A DNA stretch of 63,699 bases, counting the filler, from Chrysochromulina tobinii (taxonomy: Eukaryota): the NCBI GenBank assembly GCA_001275005.1. It is 7 parts of 7 records of this genome, joined end to end, with 100 filler letters (N's around TTAATTAATTAA, not from the genome) between each part and the next. Parts side by side here need not be neighbours in the genome. Positions count along the whole stretch, not along the records: positions 19,439 to 29,354 come from JWZX01001286.1; positions 29,455 to 38,782 come from JWZX01001287.1; 5 more parts are not named here. One strand, given 5' to 3'. Shown here piece by piece: positions 22,479 to 35,587 of this stretch. Position 1 is the stretch's first letter; each line of letters begins with the position of its first letter. Both the position numbers and the translations under genes were made by a program. The notes below the pieces were generated by a model. The model was given only the letters and a program-made list of their open reading frames with translations, searched no databases and was not told where the DNA came from.

Positions 22479-25400
22479 TCATATCATGGCCGACTGTCGC
22501 CTTCTCGGTGTCGCTGAGGCGCTCCTGGCTGTCAAAGCGCTCCTTTGCGTCAGCATCCCTCCGCTGCTGCTGCTGCTGGCTTCGGTTATTGAGCGAGCCG
22601 AGATCATCGCGAGCTGCTGCTGTTTGATCGCGCTGATGGTTGCATTGATCTCGTTGATCTCGGCAGCTTTAGGATTTTGATCCTCAGCAGCTCGCCAACG
22701 CGCCGTGTGGAGCCGCAGCTCTGACCGACGATCCTCCTGGCGTCGACGGGCGCTATCCAAACGAATCTGCGCGATCGACTTGGCTAGCGAGGGAACCTCC
22801 TCGGTCGGGATGGTGGGCAACAGTGGTATGACCGGTGGCACTTTGCGCGAAGGTGTTTGCGGATTGGCGCTGACGGCTGTCGGCTGGCTCGCCATGCTGC
22901 CGCCGTCGCCTGCCCTGCCGAGGGCCGGCACGGACTTGGGCCGTTGCAGCCACTTGTCTCTCACCTCGCCCCTCCCTGTAAGGCCCAGGCTGCGCAGATG
23001 AGCCTCCTTAGCGCTGAGGGGCTCAGCTTCGGCATGGTCCTCAGCTAACCATAATGACATCAGCGAGTCCATCGAGTGTGAACGCGGACGTCTTGCTTTG
23101 ACGCGGGCGGCTTCAGGCACCATCTCGTCGTCCATGTCTGGGTCCGGGCTTGCCAGTCGTCGTGTCTCAGGGCTGTCGAGCGGGCGAGTTGCTAAGCTCA
23201 TCATGAGCGCCACGTGAGCAGCGTAGTGTGTCCCATTGCAGTCGCAAGAGCCAAGCCGCGAGAAGATGAACTGCGAGTTGGCCGACGTTGCGAGGCACGG
23301 GTTGAGCTCCTGTGGAACGTGGACGCAAATCTCGATGCCGTCGTGAACGCCGAGGTTGTTGTCGTAGCCAAGGACGTCACCCGTACGCGCGGTGCTGCAC
23401 GCATACAACATGAACGGATCGTACGTCTGGCCAGCAATAGTGGTGCGGCTCTTGTAGTCGAGGCGATCTGGATCCTGCGGCAGCTTCATCGCCTCAGGCC
23501 TCACTGCAACTGCGCGGTGTACCTTCACCGAGTCCGCGAGTGGCATCTGCACGTCGACACCAAACACGGCCAGAACAAATGCAATCTCACTGGGAGGCGG
23601 CACAAGCGAGGCGTCGAGGAGCGGATCGCCTGTCATGCCGCACAAGTCGACTGCAAAGTTGATCTGCAGTCGATGCGCGTGATTGGTATCGCGCCAGCTT
23701 GCCATGGGTTGGTGAGCCGACTCAGGGCGCGGCTCATATGACCACGCCTTGAATGAGTCAATCACTTTGGGGCTCCCCGGCAGGGGATGCCACGGTGGGT
23801 TCGACGACAGGTCGTGTTTACCGAAACAGTCAGGTCGGGGCTGTTTGGGTGAAATCGTGGTGCGACTCCGCGGCGTGCGTGGCGTCTGCCGAGGAGTGCG
23901 CTCTGTTGGTGTCGGCCTAGGAGTGCGATCTGCTGACCGCGGCGTCTTGGCCGACCGAGAGCTAAGCGGAGGCTGATGCGACCGATGCGTGAACACCTGC
24001 GGCTCCTGATCTTCGCAAAGTCGCTCTGTCCGCTTGGATGGTGATGAGAGGGAAGGAATGCGCTCGTTAGCGCCCACATTGTCACACCTTGAAGCAGCAG
24101 GAGCCACCGCAGCGGGGGCCGCACAAAGAGCCACAGCAGGAGCTGCACTGGCTGCTGCGACTGTTCCTCGAATCTCACAGTCCTCCTCCGGTAGCTGAAT
24201 GTCCAACGTCCCGTCATTCCTCACCGTGTTTTCTGTGGCCGGCACTGGGCATGGAGCCGGCGCGGGCGTCAAAGCTGAAGGCGTAACAAGGGCTGCTGCT
24301 GGGGCTTGTTCTGACGATATCGCTTGCGTAGTAGCCTCCTTTGCAGGTGCCGGCAATGGGGCAGGTGCCGGCAAAGGGGCAGCAGCAATCTTCACCCTGC
24401 CCTTGGCCGCTGCGCCCTTCCCTGGAGTGGCCGCGACGGACGCCGCCAAAGTCGCTGCCCTCAAGGAAACGTGCCTCTTCCCAGGGGTTGGTGAACGAGT
24501 CGGTGCCGATGCTGATGCCGATTCCTCCAAAGGTCCACCCTCTCCACCACCATCGCCGCCGCCACCAGGCAGGATTGCCGCGCCAATTTCATGAGTGATG
24601 CTGATTAGTAGGCTAATGCTTGCTTCCACATCTGCAGGTACCTCACTCAGAGGGAAGCTGACTTGCTGCTGCTGTTGATTTGCGCCAGGGGTGAGCCTAA
24701 TGTAGAAGGTGCCGCGTCCAATCAGCTCCGAGGTGTCATCTGCGCCATTCTTGGACTCCTTATCATACACCGTGACGGATATCGTCGGGTGACTTGATTG
24801 CCACGATGAGGCACGGCCTGTGTATACTCCCGGCCAGCGCACAAAGTTGACACGTCCATTGAGTGCATTTCGCAGATTCTCCGTGCGAACGAGCTCCAAG
24901 GTCCCATGCCGAATGACCACGTAAGGATCTGCGGCACCCCTTGCGTCGGTGTTGGGTAGACCGTGAGCTGCGAGCTCCGAGACTGTCACAGTGTACGTCT
25001 CCAAGACGGGCTGCGGCTCGTAGCCGGACGCCGACTCCACGTCGTCGATGTCATTCTCCGTCAATCGCGTGTAGTCTGCACGCTTCGTGCTCTGATCCGA
25101 TGGCATACCGGAAGGTTCACGTCCTATCAAAATGGTCACGTCGTCTGCTAGCTGAGAGACCAGGTGGACCGCTGATTGCACCACTTCAAGTATTTGACGG
25201 CACATGGCGACGGCGAACAGTGCGAAAGCAGGCAGGCAAGTTGGCAGGCAGGCAGGCAGGCAGAGGAAGATGCCGATGAAAGTGAGAATGGTCACGAGCC
25301 CGGCCGACGCATCTACCAGCTCTGAGGAAGAGGTTGTATTCAACAAGCCAAGCAAGACCTTGTCACCTACGAGCATCAGGTTATCGCTTGCGATGGATGT

Positions 25401-27951
25401 GAGGTAGACAACGGTCAGCCGTGGTCCAGAAGGCGGCGGCCGCGGTGACATGGGCGGTGTGGGTGGTAGTGGTGGACACGGTGGTGATTGTGGTGGTGGA
25501 GAAGATGGCGATGGTATGCGGGGCGGAGGTGACGATGGTGATGCAGAAGGTGGCGGTAGAGGCGAGCTCGACGGCGGGGGAGGTGGCGGCGGCGGCAGTG
25601 GTGGCGCGAAGGGTGGACTGCCTGGTGGAGGATAGGGAGGCGGCCATGGTGGCAAACAGGGTGGAGGAGCGGGTGGCGGTGGAGATGGAGATGGAGGTGG
25701 AGGTGGTGGTGCATCAGGACTGGGCGGCAGATGCGGCAAGGGTATGCTGGGTGGAGATGGGGGTGGTGAAGATGGTGGCGGCGGAGATGGAGGTGGAGGT
25801 GGAGGTGGTGGTGCAACAGGGGGAAGTAGCGGTGGTGAGCACGGGGATGGCGGCGGTGGATAAGGTGGCGCGTCTGGAGGAAAGCGAGGCGGCGGCGGTG
25901 TTACCGGAGGAGGATGAAGCGGCGGTGATTGCGGTGGTGGTGTCGGGTGAGGCGGCAGCTTTGGGGGCAGCAGCGGCGGGCCTGGATGAGGAGGATCTGA
26001 TGGTGGTGGTGATGTTGGAGGTGAGCTTGGCGGCGGGGGTGACGGCCGGGGAGGAGGAGGTCTGGCGGGTGGTGGCGGTGTTGGAGGTGAGCATGGCGGC
26101 GGGGGCGACGGCGAGGGAGGAGGTGGTGGCAGCTGCGGTGGCGACATCGGAGGCGGAAGTGGCGATGGCGGTGGCGGAGGGGGCGGCCGCTCCGGAGGCA
26201 GACGCGGCGGCAGTGGAGGCAGTGGATGTGGCGATACCGGTGGCGGTGGTGTCAGGGGCGGTAACCACGGTGGTGGTGGGGATGGTGGAAGTGACGGCGA
26301 TGGAGGAGGGAGCAGGGGTGGCGGCGCTGGCGGTGCCGGAGGATACTTCGGAGGAGGAGGGGTTGGAGGTGGTGCTGGCGGTGGAGGCGATGGCGGCGGC
26401 GGCGAGGGCTCGGGAGGCAACGGCATGGGGGGCGGAGGGGGCGACGGGCTAGGTGAGGGCGGTGGCGATGGTGGAGGTGAGGGCGGCGGAGGTGAGGGCG
26501 GTGTTGGTGGAGGCTCTGGTGAAGGAGAGCATGGGCATGGTGGAGGCGGTGGCGATGGCTCCGGCGAGGGCGGAGCCAATGGCGGAAGAGGTGGTGGCGA
26601 TAGCGGTGGTGGCGGTGGCAGTGGTTGTGGTGGCAATGGTGGATGCTTCGGCGGCGGTGGGCAGCGGCGATGGTGGAGGTGGCGGCAGTAGCGGCGGTGG
26701 CGGTGGCAGCGGCGGTGGTGGCGGTGGTGACCATGGCGGAACCATCGGCGGCGGCGGTGGTGGCAGAGGCATTGGCGGAAGCGGCGACGATGGCGGTGGC
26801 AGCGGCGGCGGGTGTGGATGTGGTGGCGATGGTGGAAGCATCGGTGGGGGAACCTGCGGTGGTGGAGGTGATGGGAAAGGAGCGAATCCCACGTGGAGCA
26901 CCGCAGCAACCAGCAAGGGCGCCAGCACAGCGAGGAGGATTGCTGACAATGCCAATGCCATACATGCAACGACAGCGACGGTGATGCCGGAGCAGAGCGT
27001 GCCCACCGTCTCAGCCTTCGCAACGCAGCTATCATCGCTACGATCCAGTCCTGCTGTTAGCCTGTTACGCGGTTCTGACGTTGACTCAGCTTCGTAGGAG
27101 TGAACCCTGCTGCTCCTCACAACAGAGTCACCTGTGGCGGACCGGTGGCTGATGGCTGCTAGAGTCGCCGCTGGAAGCGCCGTGGTTCGTATAGGTGGCA
27201 GCGCCACTGTTCGCGGTGGTAGCTGAGATGCCCTTGGTGTCGCGGCCGGCGTGTGCCTGGCGGAAGATACAACCGGAACTGCTCTTGGTGTCGGCACGGG
27301 CGTCGCTGCCGGCGTGTGCCTGACGGACGATACACCCCGAGCGGCTCTTGGTGTTGGCCCGGGCGTCCCTGCCGGCGTGTTCCTGACGGATTCACTCCAT
27401 TTGTCGCTGGATGCCTCAGCAATCGAGATGGCCGCCAAGTACCGTGGAAGAAGCACTGTCTCATACTCCTTCAAGTCAGCCTCGTAGCGTGCAAGATCGA
27501 CCTCGTACGCATCTAGCCGAGCCAGCTTTTCATCTTCGTCTCCAGACGACATCCCACCCGACGAATATCCGCCGGAGTCGCTCGTGTTACCGACAGTGTT
27601 TCCGGCATCGTCGTGCTTGCGCCGAGACCAGGGCGACCGAGGTATCTTAGGACGCGTTGGCTCCTGCATAAAAGTAGCAACGTGTTCGACCATCGTACTC
27701 TGGCGTGACACGCGCACCAACACGTGCTCACCCGAATTTTCGATCAGCTGCAGCAATGCCTCCTCGCTCTGGGCCTCCTCGAGCATGATCCCGTTGAGCG
27801 AGAGCACAATATCGCCCACGCACAGCCGCTTACGGTCGTCGTCCACATCATGCGCGTCCGAGATCCTGTCGAGGCATATGGTGCCGTCACCGGGAGCATG
27901 GAAGGAGACGCCAAAGCGGCCTTCTGAGTTGCGCTTCAGCGTGACCTCCAT
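22479..27951 (-). CDS. PDZ - TM - extensin-like Pro-rich region - TM - C2 domain protein, with one apparent frameshift near 26660
   Basis: N-terminal VTLKRNSEGRFGVSF...LCVGDIVLSLNG (PDZ). SPPPP tract runs across two frames. AAHGLPNTDARGAADPYVVI...VTVYDKE (C2). Confidence 0.7.
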
Positions 27952-28252
27952 AGGAGTAGCACGACTGTCCTAAGAGCAGGCCGAGCACCTTGGCAAGCTG
28001 CGTCGGCCGACCACGGCGCGCGTCTCGTGTGCCGCAATGTGTTGCGGAGCCAAAATCGACGCTTCGTTGAACTTGGCGCTTCGGCGCTGCGCGTCCTTAC
28101 GGGCACGTTGATGGCGCGAATCATCAGCAAAAGCGTTCGAGCATGCTATGGAGGCGAGAGCCGACGAGACGCTGGCGAAACGGCGTTCGGTCAGTTCGGT
28201 CGGATCTACAACAACAGTGTACTTCCAGGACACGCTGTGCTGCCGCGTCCAC

Positions 28253-29354
28253 TTACTTACATTGGCGTTTGGGACCGGGTACATGTTCGCTACCCCAGGC
28301 CTCGTCGAGCCACGCCCACATCCTCGCTAGGGCAGGATTGAAGCCAAAGGGCCAATCTTGCGTGCGGACGCCCTCGGCGTCTACCGTGGGCGGTGGAATC
28401 GCGCCCGGCTCGAGGGCCGGGATCACGGGCTCCCGGACGGCAAGCGCTTGCTCGAGATCTGCGATGGCCGTCAAGATCTCGTCACCAGCTGCCGCTTCCC
28501 TCGCCGCCCCCACCGCTCCGGGCTCGTTGGAGGCGGCCATCACCCTCGCCGCCCTCGCCGCACTGGGCGCCGTGTCGAGCGGCCGGCGCGTTGTGAAAGA
28601 CGGCAGAGGCGGCGGGTTCGCCGTAGGCGGCCAGGAGGGGCGCGGCAGCGCGGCTGACTGCAGCGCCGGCAGCGCGGCAAACTGCCGCAGCGAGCCGCCC
28701 CCGGTAAGGACAGGAAGCATGGGCGCCGGCTCGGGCCCAGGTGCGGGCCCAGGTGCGGGCCCAGGTGCGGGCGCAGGTGCGGGGGCAGGTGCGGGGAGGG
28801 TCTGCGAAAGCCTCTCGAGGCTCGCCCGTGCGAGGGTGCAGAGGGCACTCACGAGGCCCGGCAGGTCGTCCTCGCCGACCGTGACGAACCTCGTGACGAA
28901 TCTCGTCGCAGCTGGCAGCGAGGAGCGCTCGAGATCGAGATCGAGATCGAGATCGAGCCGCGCGGGCAGCGGAGCGCCCGGCGGCACGCGCGGCACGGCT
29001 GCGGCCTCCACGAGAGAGCTGAGCGTCGTCTCGAGCGCGGCACTTGTAGGCGCCAGTCCGAGCATCTCGAGATGAGTCGCCGTTACGAGCACAACGCCGC
29101 CCCGAGCGTACGCCGTACTCGCGCTGCTGATGCAGCCGCCACCGCCGTCGTTGGCATGAGGCGCGGCGGCGCGGCTGGTGGCAAAGGTGGTCTGATGGGC
29201 CGTCGCGGCGGCATGCGCCGAGGCGATGGCGGGCACGAGAGAGGTCACGAGGGCACGGACCGACTCGCGCACCGACGGTCGAAGCGAGGTAAAAAGCGCC
29301 TCGCCGCCGCCACCGCCACCGCCACCGCCGCCGTCATCGCCGGCGCCATCGCCG
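28253..29354 (-). CDS. Partial hypothetical Ala/Pro-rich protein (5' truncated)
   Basis: Long ORF running to the contig edge; no family recognised and 3' end uncertain. Confidence 0.35.
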
Positions 29355-29454
29355 NNNNNNNNNNNNNNNNNNNNNNNNNNNNNNNNNNNNNNNNNNNNTT
29401 AATTAATTAANNNNNNNNNNNNNNNNNNNNNNNNNNNNNNNNNNNNNNNNNNNN

Positions 29455-29532
29455 CTCAACCCGGACTTAGCTCAACCCGGACTTGCTAAGTCCGGGTTGA
29501 GCATACCGTCACGAAATAAGTCCGGGTTGAGC
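29455..29532. repeat. Palindromic 14-bp repeat cluster at contig start
   Basis: CTCAACCCGGACTT twice, then its reverse complement AAGTCCGGGTTGAG twice. Confidence 0.85.
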
Positions 29533-30036
29533 AACAACCTCGGTAAAAAGACACCGGGGAGCCGGGACTCCCAAGGGCTCACAATGGGCAAGTCGCCCTT
29601 CTAAACCGCCCCCGCGCGGTACCTGCCATGGTGTGAATGTATGTGTGTTAATGTGAATGTGTGTCTGTGTGACTTCTAACACAACAGGGCGTCGTGTTAA
29701 CGTTCACAAGGGACACACGGTAGCCTCTGCTGTTGCTATTCCCTACCCGTATTAAGTCTATTAACACAGGGCGTTACTATTTTATCGGCAAAGCTTGGGG
29801 GAAGATACTAGTAAGGCGCCGGCCCGGGCTAGCTCCTGTGCCAGGCCGGTGCACCTTTTCCCCCCATTGTTTACGAAAGTCTCTTCAAGCAACGCCCGCG
29901 AAGACGCGAATTCCAAAAAAGAGCTCAAAACGACGCGAATGTAACGAAAGGATGACTTCCACAGAAAAAAAAGACCGTCCCCGACCGACACACGAGCACC
30001 GACGCCCCCGCGCCCGCCCTCCTCGGCCACCTAATC

Positions 30037-32915
30037 ATGATGTTGAAACAACAGAGTGGGCCGCTTGCGGCGAAGGCGGCGGAGGGTGCCCGATCTAAGT
30101 CGCCGTCTTTCGGCGAGTGTGGCACCTCTAGGACTACGGAGTATTCCGTTGACGTTCAGAGCAAATACGCGAAAGGAAATCCGAAGGCCCAATCGTCTCT
30201 GGCGATGTCTAGTCTATACCACCATCGACCCACGCAGCAGCACTATGCTCGCGTATTGGGATGCGGCAACAACCTGCTCGCTGATCTTCAACGCAATCGT
30301 CACGCCCGTCGAGGTGGCCTTTTTGACGCCACCTCCACAAGAGCTACGGTGGGAGAATACGTTGTTCCTCATCAACCGCGCCGTCGACTGCATCTTCATC
30401 ATCGACATGCTGATACAGTTGCGCATGGCTTATCAGGTCGATACGATACATGGCGTGCAGTGGATCCAGCATCCTATCAAGGTCGCAAGGCACTACCTCA
30501 GTTCGTATTGGTTTTGGGTGGACGTAGTGTCGATCTTGACGTCCGTCATCGACCTCGTCGGGGAGGATGAAAAAAGTGCGGATCTCAAGGTGATCCGCGT
30601 GGTCCGAGCGCTCCGCCTTGTGAAGCTGGTGAAGCTCTTCCGTGTGTCGCGCATCTTCAAGCGGTGGGAGATGCGCATGTCGATCAATTACGCGAATCTC
30701 ACACTCTTCTTCGTCATGCTCATGGTCTGCCTCGCGTGTCACTGGTGTGCATGCATCTGGGGGTTGCAGGCCACCTTTTACCCGCTTGACTCGTGGATGG
30801 GCGCCAAAGAACACTGCATCGAGTGGGGCCATCCCAACCAAACAGTGGCAATGGCGATGCTGACTGACGGGTCGTGTGCGCCCGATTGGCGCTGCGAAAT
30901 TGGTGCCTGTGCGGACGGTCAATGCTCTGGCGGCATCGCCTGCTCCTCGTGGGATCAGCTCTACCTCTACTCGTACTACTTTGTGGTGATGACGATGGTG
31001 TCGATCGGCTACGGTGACATCACTGCGGGGCCCTTCAACCAGGTGGAGCAGCTGGTTGCCGTGTTCCTCATGCTGCTGACGTGCATGATATGGGCTTACC
31101 TTGTCGGCGTCTTCTGCTCGTTAGCTATCGAGTCGCCCCAAGTCCAAGCCTTTCGAACAAGCATGACGCAGCTCAATTCGTTCATGTTGGAGCACCAGGT
31201 GACTCCGTCTAAAAGGAGTGCCTCGAGTGGCACTGATTGACTTGGACGACCCCTGATGACCCCTAATGACCTCGGATTGCCACCCTTTGCCACCCTGTCA
31301 TCAGTTGCCTCCGGCCACGCGCATCCAGCTGCGCGAGTACATGCACACGACGAACCAATCCCTACGTGCCGCCGTGGAGACCAAGGAGCTGCTGGGGAAG
31401 CTCTCGCCGGCGATGCAGGGGGAGCTGTCTCTCATAGTCAACGAGGCCACCCTCGGGTGCGTCTGGTACTTATGCCTCGTCGGACTGCTCCTTGAGCTCG
31501 CGTCACAGCTTCGGACCAGCATCTTCTCGCCCATGGAGATCTGTCCGACCGGGTTCCTGTTCATCATCCATACGGGGCGCGTGCTCTACATCTTCCGGCC
31601 ACGCGGCCGGGGCAGCATCTTGGGCGAAGATATCCTTTTGAACAATCCCAACCTCGAGTTGAGCACCCCGGCCATAGCCCTGGCCTACACGACCACTGAA
31701 TACTTTGACCGTTCCACGCTCGCTACAACCATCGCCTCCTTCCCCGCATCTTTGGTGCGGCTGAACGTGGTACGGCGGCGGTTGGCATTGCGCCGCTGCA
31801 TTCTCATAGAGGCGGAGCGGCGTACTTTTGGCGCCAAACCTCCCGTGCACTTCCGCGGCCGTTTGTATCCCATCTATGACAAGGACCTCGCAAAGAAAAT
31901 GCGTGACGAAAAGATGGCAAAACTGGCCGTGAAGGCGAAGAGGGAGGTGATCTCTTCGATTGCGCGCGGCATTGCCCTCCGCGCGCCTAGATCGCTAGCG
32001 GCGGCACGGTGGGCAGCAGTCTCTGTGGCCGAGAGAGACAAAAGTGGCGTGACAGTCACCCTAAGGCCACTTCTAAAGGAGTCGAATGGCAAGGGCGAGC
32101 CGGAGGGATTCTTGTCGCGGAAGCAGGCAGGCTTGTCGCGCAAGCAGATTGTGCGCGCAAGCCGCAGGCTGACGAAGTCAGAGGTGGTGCGCGAGAAGCT
32201 TTTGGAGAGGCATAAGCACGCGTCCACGATGGAGGCGGCCAGGTTATATGGTATGAAGATGCGCGCCAACGCGATGCTTCGGGACCTACAACATCACGAG
32301 GTCAAGGAGTCGAAGCTTGGTCGTTCTGCCTCGAGCTCTACTGGGGGCGGCCTTTCCCCTGGGTGTACGCCACCAGTGTCGGACGTTTCGCATAACACCC
32401 CCGCTCTCCCGCGTTCACGGGCACCGACCCCCTTTCACCCCGCTCCTCCGCTTTCACGGGCACCGACCCTCTCGCCCGAAATGGAGGCGAGCTTGAATGC
32501 ACTCATCGAGATGCAGGTTCAGAGCGCATTTCGATCCTTGGTCCCGGAGATCACGGCCGCATTTGTTGCCGACCTGAAGCACGAGAGCAAGTCTAAACGG
32601 CACGGACAGTTCCGCCCCGATGAGGAGCGTAAGGTCGACTATGCGCCAGAGAGCAACGGCTCGCAACCGCCTCGCGTGCTGGGCTGTGCCGCTCAAGGGC
32701 TGACCCCAGCGGCCATGCCAAATGTCCAACGACCCCAGCCGCCGAATGCTTCGCGTCCGAGAACGGCCTGGGCAAGTAGGGCGAGCCGGTACACTTACAC
32801 GCCGCCCAGCATGCAGCAGCGAGATGTGCCCCGTGTGCAGCACGGAGCGCCCGATATTTCAGGAGCGAGCTCAGGGGAAAGAGATCTTCTTGCTGCGGCC
32901 TGCCTCTCTGCGTGA
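30037..32915 (+). CDS. KCNH/CNG-type 6TM K+ channel with cNMP-binding-like domain (intron 31199-31304; 5' end uncertain)
   Basis: IDPRS..YWD, S4 RVVRALRLVKLVKLFRVSR, pore TMVSIGYGDI, C-linker LSPAMQGEL. The ATG at 30037 needs a 1-nt shift near 30219; an in-frame alternative is ATG 30245. Confidence 0.85.
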
Positions 32916-33476
32916 CGACATTGACCTGGTGCACACTTGTAACGCTTGACGAGCCGCATGGCGGCTTTATGGCGGCTCAGTTCGTCATATTACATACTTA
33001 GGTTCTTCGTTTCATAGCACATAGGTTGTAATAGACGTCAATATGCTGGCGATGTACCGGCCGGTCCTAACTTGTTACGCCTAAAGGTAGCTGGTAGGTT
33101 GGTAGGGCCAAATCCAAAAAGGAAACGTTAAAAACTACTACGTAGTGTAGTACTAGTGCTGCAATCCGACCACGTGTTATAGCTACTACAACACCCCGAA
33201 CGCGATTCGCCCAGCTCGGCCAGGTTCCACCTTCCAGGGCCAGACCGTGCGTGAACCGAACGGCCACACGTTACACACTCCCACACACAGTCACACTGGA
33301 CTCTCAGACCCGCGCCAGAATACTCAAATAATCGACACACCTGCTCGCAGCGTGGGCACGCTCCTTTGTCCGTGGCACGCTCTGACATAGGCTGACTCGG
33401 ACTTGAATTTACACCCACACACCCACAGCGCAAGCCTCTCAAGTGTAAGCAGTGTGTACGCCTCGCGCCCTCGCCT

Positions 33477-35445
33477 CTAGTAGTACAAGCCGTCGGTGGC
33501 ACCGTGCACATTCGACTCGACGAGACGTAGGAACATCTCCGCCCAGTGGTGAGGTATGCCTGGGAAGCAAAAATGGCGGCAGGGGCCGTCGGGCGTGCGT
33601 GCATCCGAGCGCATGTCCGCCGGATGCGAGATGTTGAGCACGTGTGTTTTGAGCCGTTTCGCATGATACCTGCCGCTCAGAGGCGCGCAGAGGCAGTCAG
33701 AGGCAGTCAGAGGCACTTAGAGGCACTCAGTCTCAGAGGCAATCACCAATTGCGAGGCATAAGTCGTTTCGCATGACTTACCCAAATTCGGCTGCCCATG
33801 CACGCTCGGCGGCTCGCAGCTTGCCCAGGTGGCTCTGCAGATGGGTCCCTTCGAAGAGAATGGCGGTCGGATTGGAGTCATACCAAAAGTTCGGCTGTTT
33901 ATAGTCCCGCTCGGAGGCGCTCGCGGCACTGGGGAAAGTGTTGGGTTGCATCACGGAGTTGCAACCCTTGTGCCCATCAGCGGAGGTGACTATGATCACG
34001 TTGCCCGTAAACGCGGAGATTGAGTTCACGTATGTGGCCACTTCGCGCACCATCGTGGTGAACTTGAGGCTGAAGACGTCGCAGTCGCGCCAGATCGTCT
34101 CATACACATCGTTGGTAAAGCCCATGCCTGTGCAGGGGGTACAAGGTTGTTACTAGGGTCAGGGTGAGTTCGAGAAAGCTATAAAGAAATAGCCGACAGG
34201 TGTGGTGGATGTTAGTGGATAGTGCTACGATGTGGTCAGGGAATTCCTTAGCGCGAAACGGCGACGCCCTTGCCTGTCAGAGGGAGGTAGCCATCCGCCG
34301 AGGTGCGAAGAGGTCCGTTGACGCCATCGGCGTGGCACTTTGCCAGCTCGCTTGGGTAAAGGTACTCCTTCCACCAGTTATCACCCACTGAGAGCACAAG
34401 CGTCTTGAGTGTCGCTGCGCGTGCCTGCGAGACGGAAAGGAGAGACCGTCGTGCCGTCAGTCAGCCAGTTATACCTGTGTCAGTATCGCGGTCCGCCCTC
34501 CGCGCTCACAAGCGCTCACCACACCTCCGTCCCTGCCTCCGTCTCAAAGTACAGCGTGCCATGATGAGCACCGATGGGCAGTGAGGAGGATAGGGCACTC
34601 TATCACGCACTCAGTACATGTATGCATTCAGCGGCAATCTACTTAGCAATCTACTCCTCTTCACACGCCGTGCTGAGAGATGCGGTGTCACACACCTCGA
34701 ACGCCTGTGCCCATTTGGAGTGGGAGAGCCGATGGTGCGTGCTGTCTTCCCACCAGTACAGTAGCGATCGTTGGGAAGGCGGGCACGGTACGTCGGGGGA
34801 GCCCGAGGAGCCGCCTGACGAGGTCTCACACTCACTCACTTGCGTTGCCGTCATCGGGCGCAGCGTGTACGAGTTGACGAGGACGTCGGATCGATGGAAG
34901 TCGGAATGGGTCGCGCCTGTCAGGGACTGGAAGGCGGCGAACATCTCTTGCAGGGCCGAATCGCCGACCCAGAGCATCGGCGACGCCCTCTCGTGCCCCT
35001 CGAGGGCGCTCGCCCATTCCCTCCATTGCTGGGGGCTTGCGACGGTGAGTGGCGAGAAGTAGCAGCCGTTCGATGGCACCCACGTCCACGAGAGCGTTGC
35101 GACGTTCCTTTGGAAAGTCTGGGTCGAGCGATCGCGAAAGCACGCGTCGTAGAAGCGAGTGCACACCTCGGTCGCCTTTGCTAGGCCATCGGAGCAGGTT
35201 CCGAGCGGGCACATGTCGTACTTGTCACACACCAGCGGCTGTCCACCAGTCACGGATAGCCTCCCTGAGGTCGACGGGTTCCAAGTACCAATCGTGTACG
35301 CAGGGACTGTGGGCGAGAGCCATTGGTCGCCCTTGTCGTTGCGCATGTCGCATCGCAACAAGTGAGACCATATCGCGCGTGCGTTCTCGTCCTGGTGGGC
35401 CGCGAATATTTCCACAAGGAAGAGGCTTAAGAGGAGGAACCTCAT
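33477..35445 (-). CDS. TBL/PC-esterase (Cas1p/PMR5-like SGNH) protein; exons 35445-34696, 34424-34274, 34127-33782, 33669-33477; about 479 aa
   Basis: Signal/anchor, MLWVGDS, LVLSVGDNWW, MRSDA, CRHFCFPGIPHHW. The middle intron is GC-AG and all frames are consistent. Confidence 0.75.
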
Positions 35446-35587
35446 TGTCTGCATTTTTTGCAAATGAATGGCGGTTGATCTGTGCGAGAGACAAAGGGGC
35501 ACAGGAAAGGCATGCATGCGGATGTCCTCCGCATGTTTCGGTTCGTCCAACCCCAATATTCACAGTGCGTCTCTTCCAGCGCCACGC

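Noticed and set aside
28240..28260. 21-nt GTAAGT...CAG micro-intron on the minus strand
   Set aside because: Splicing it gives only a short, featureless extension, and there is no independent support.
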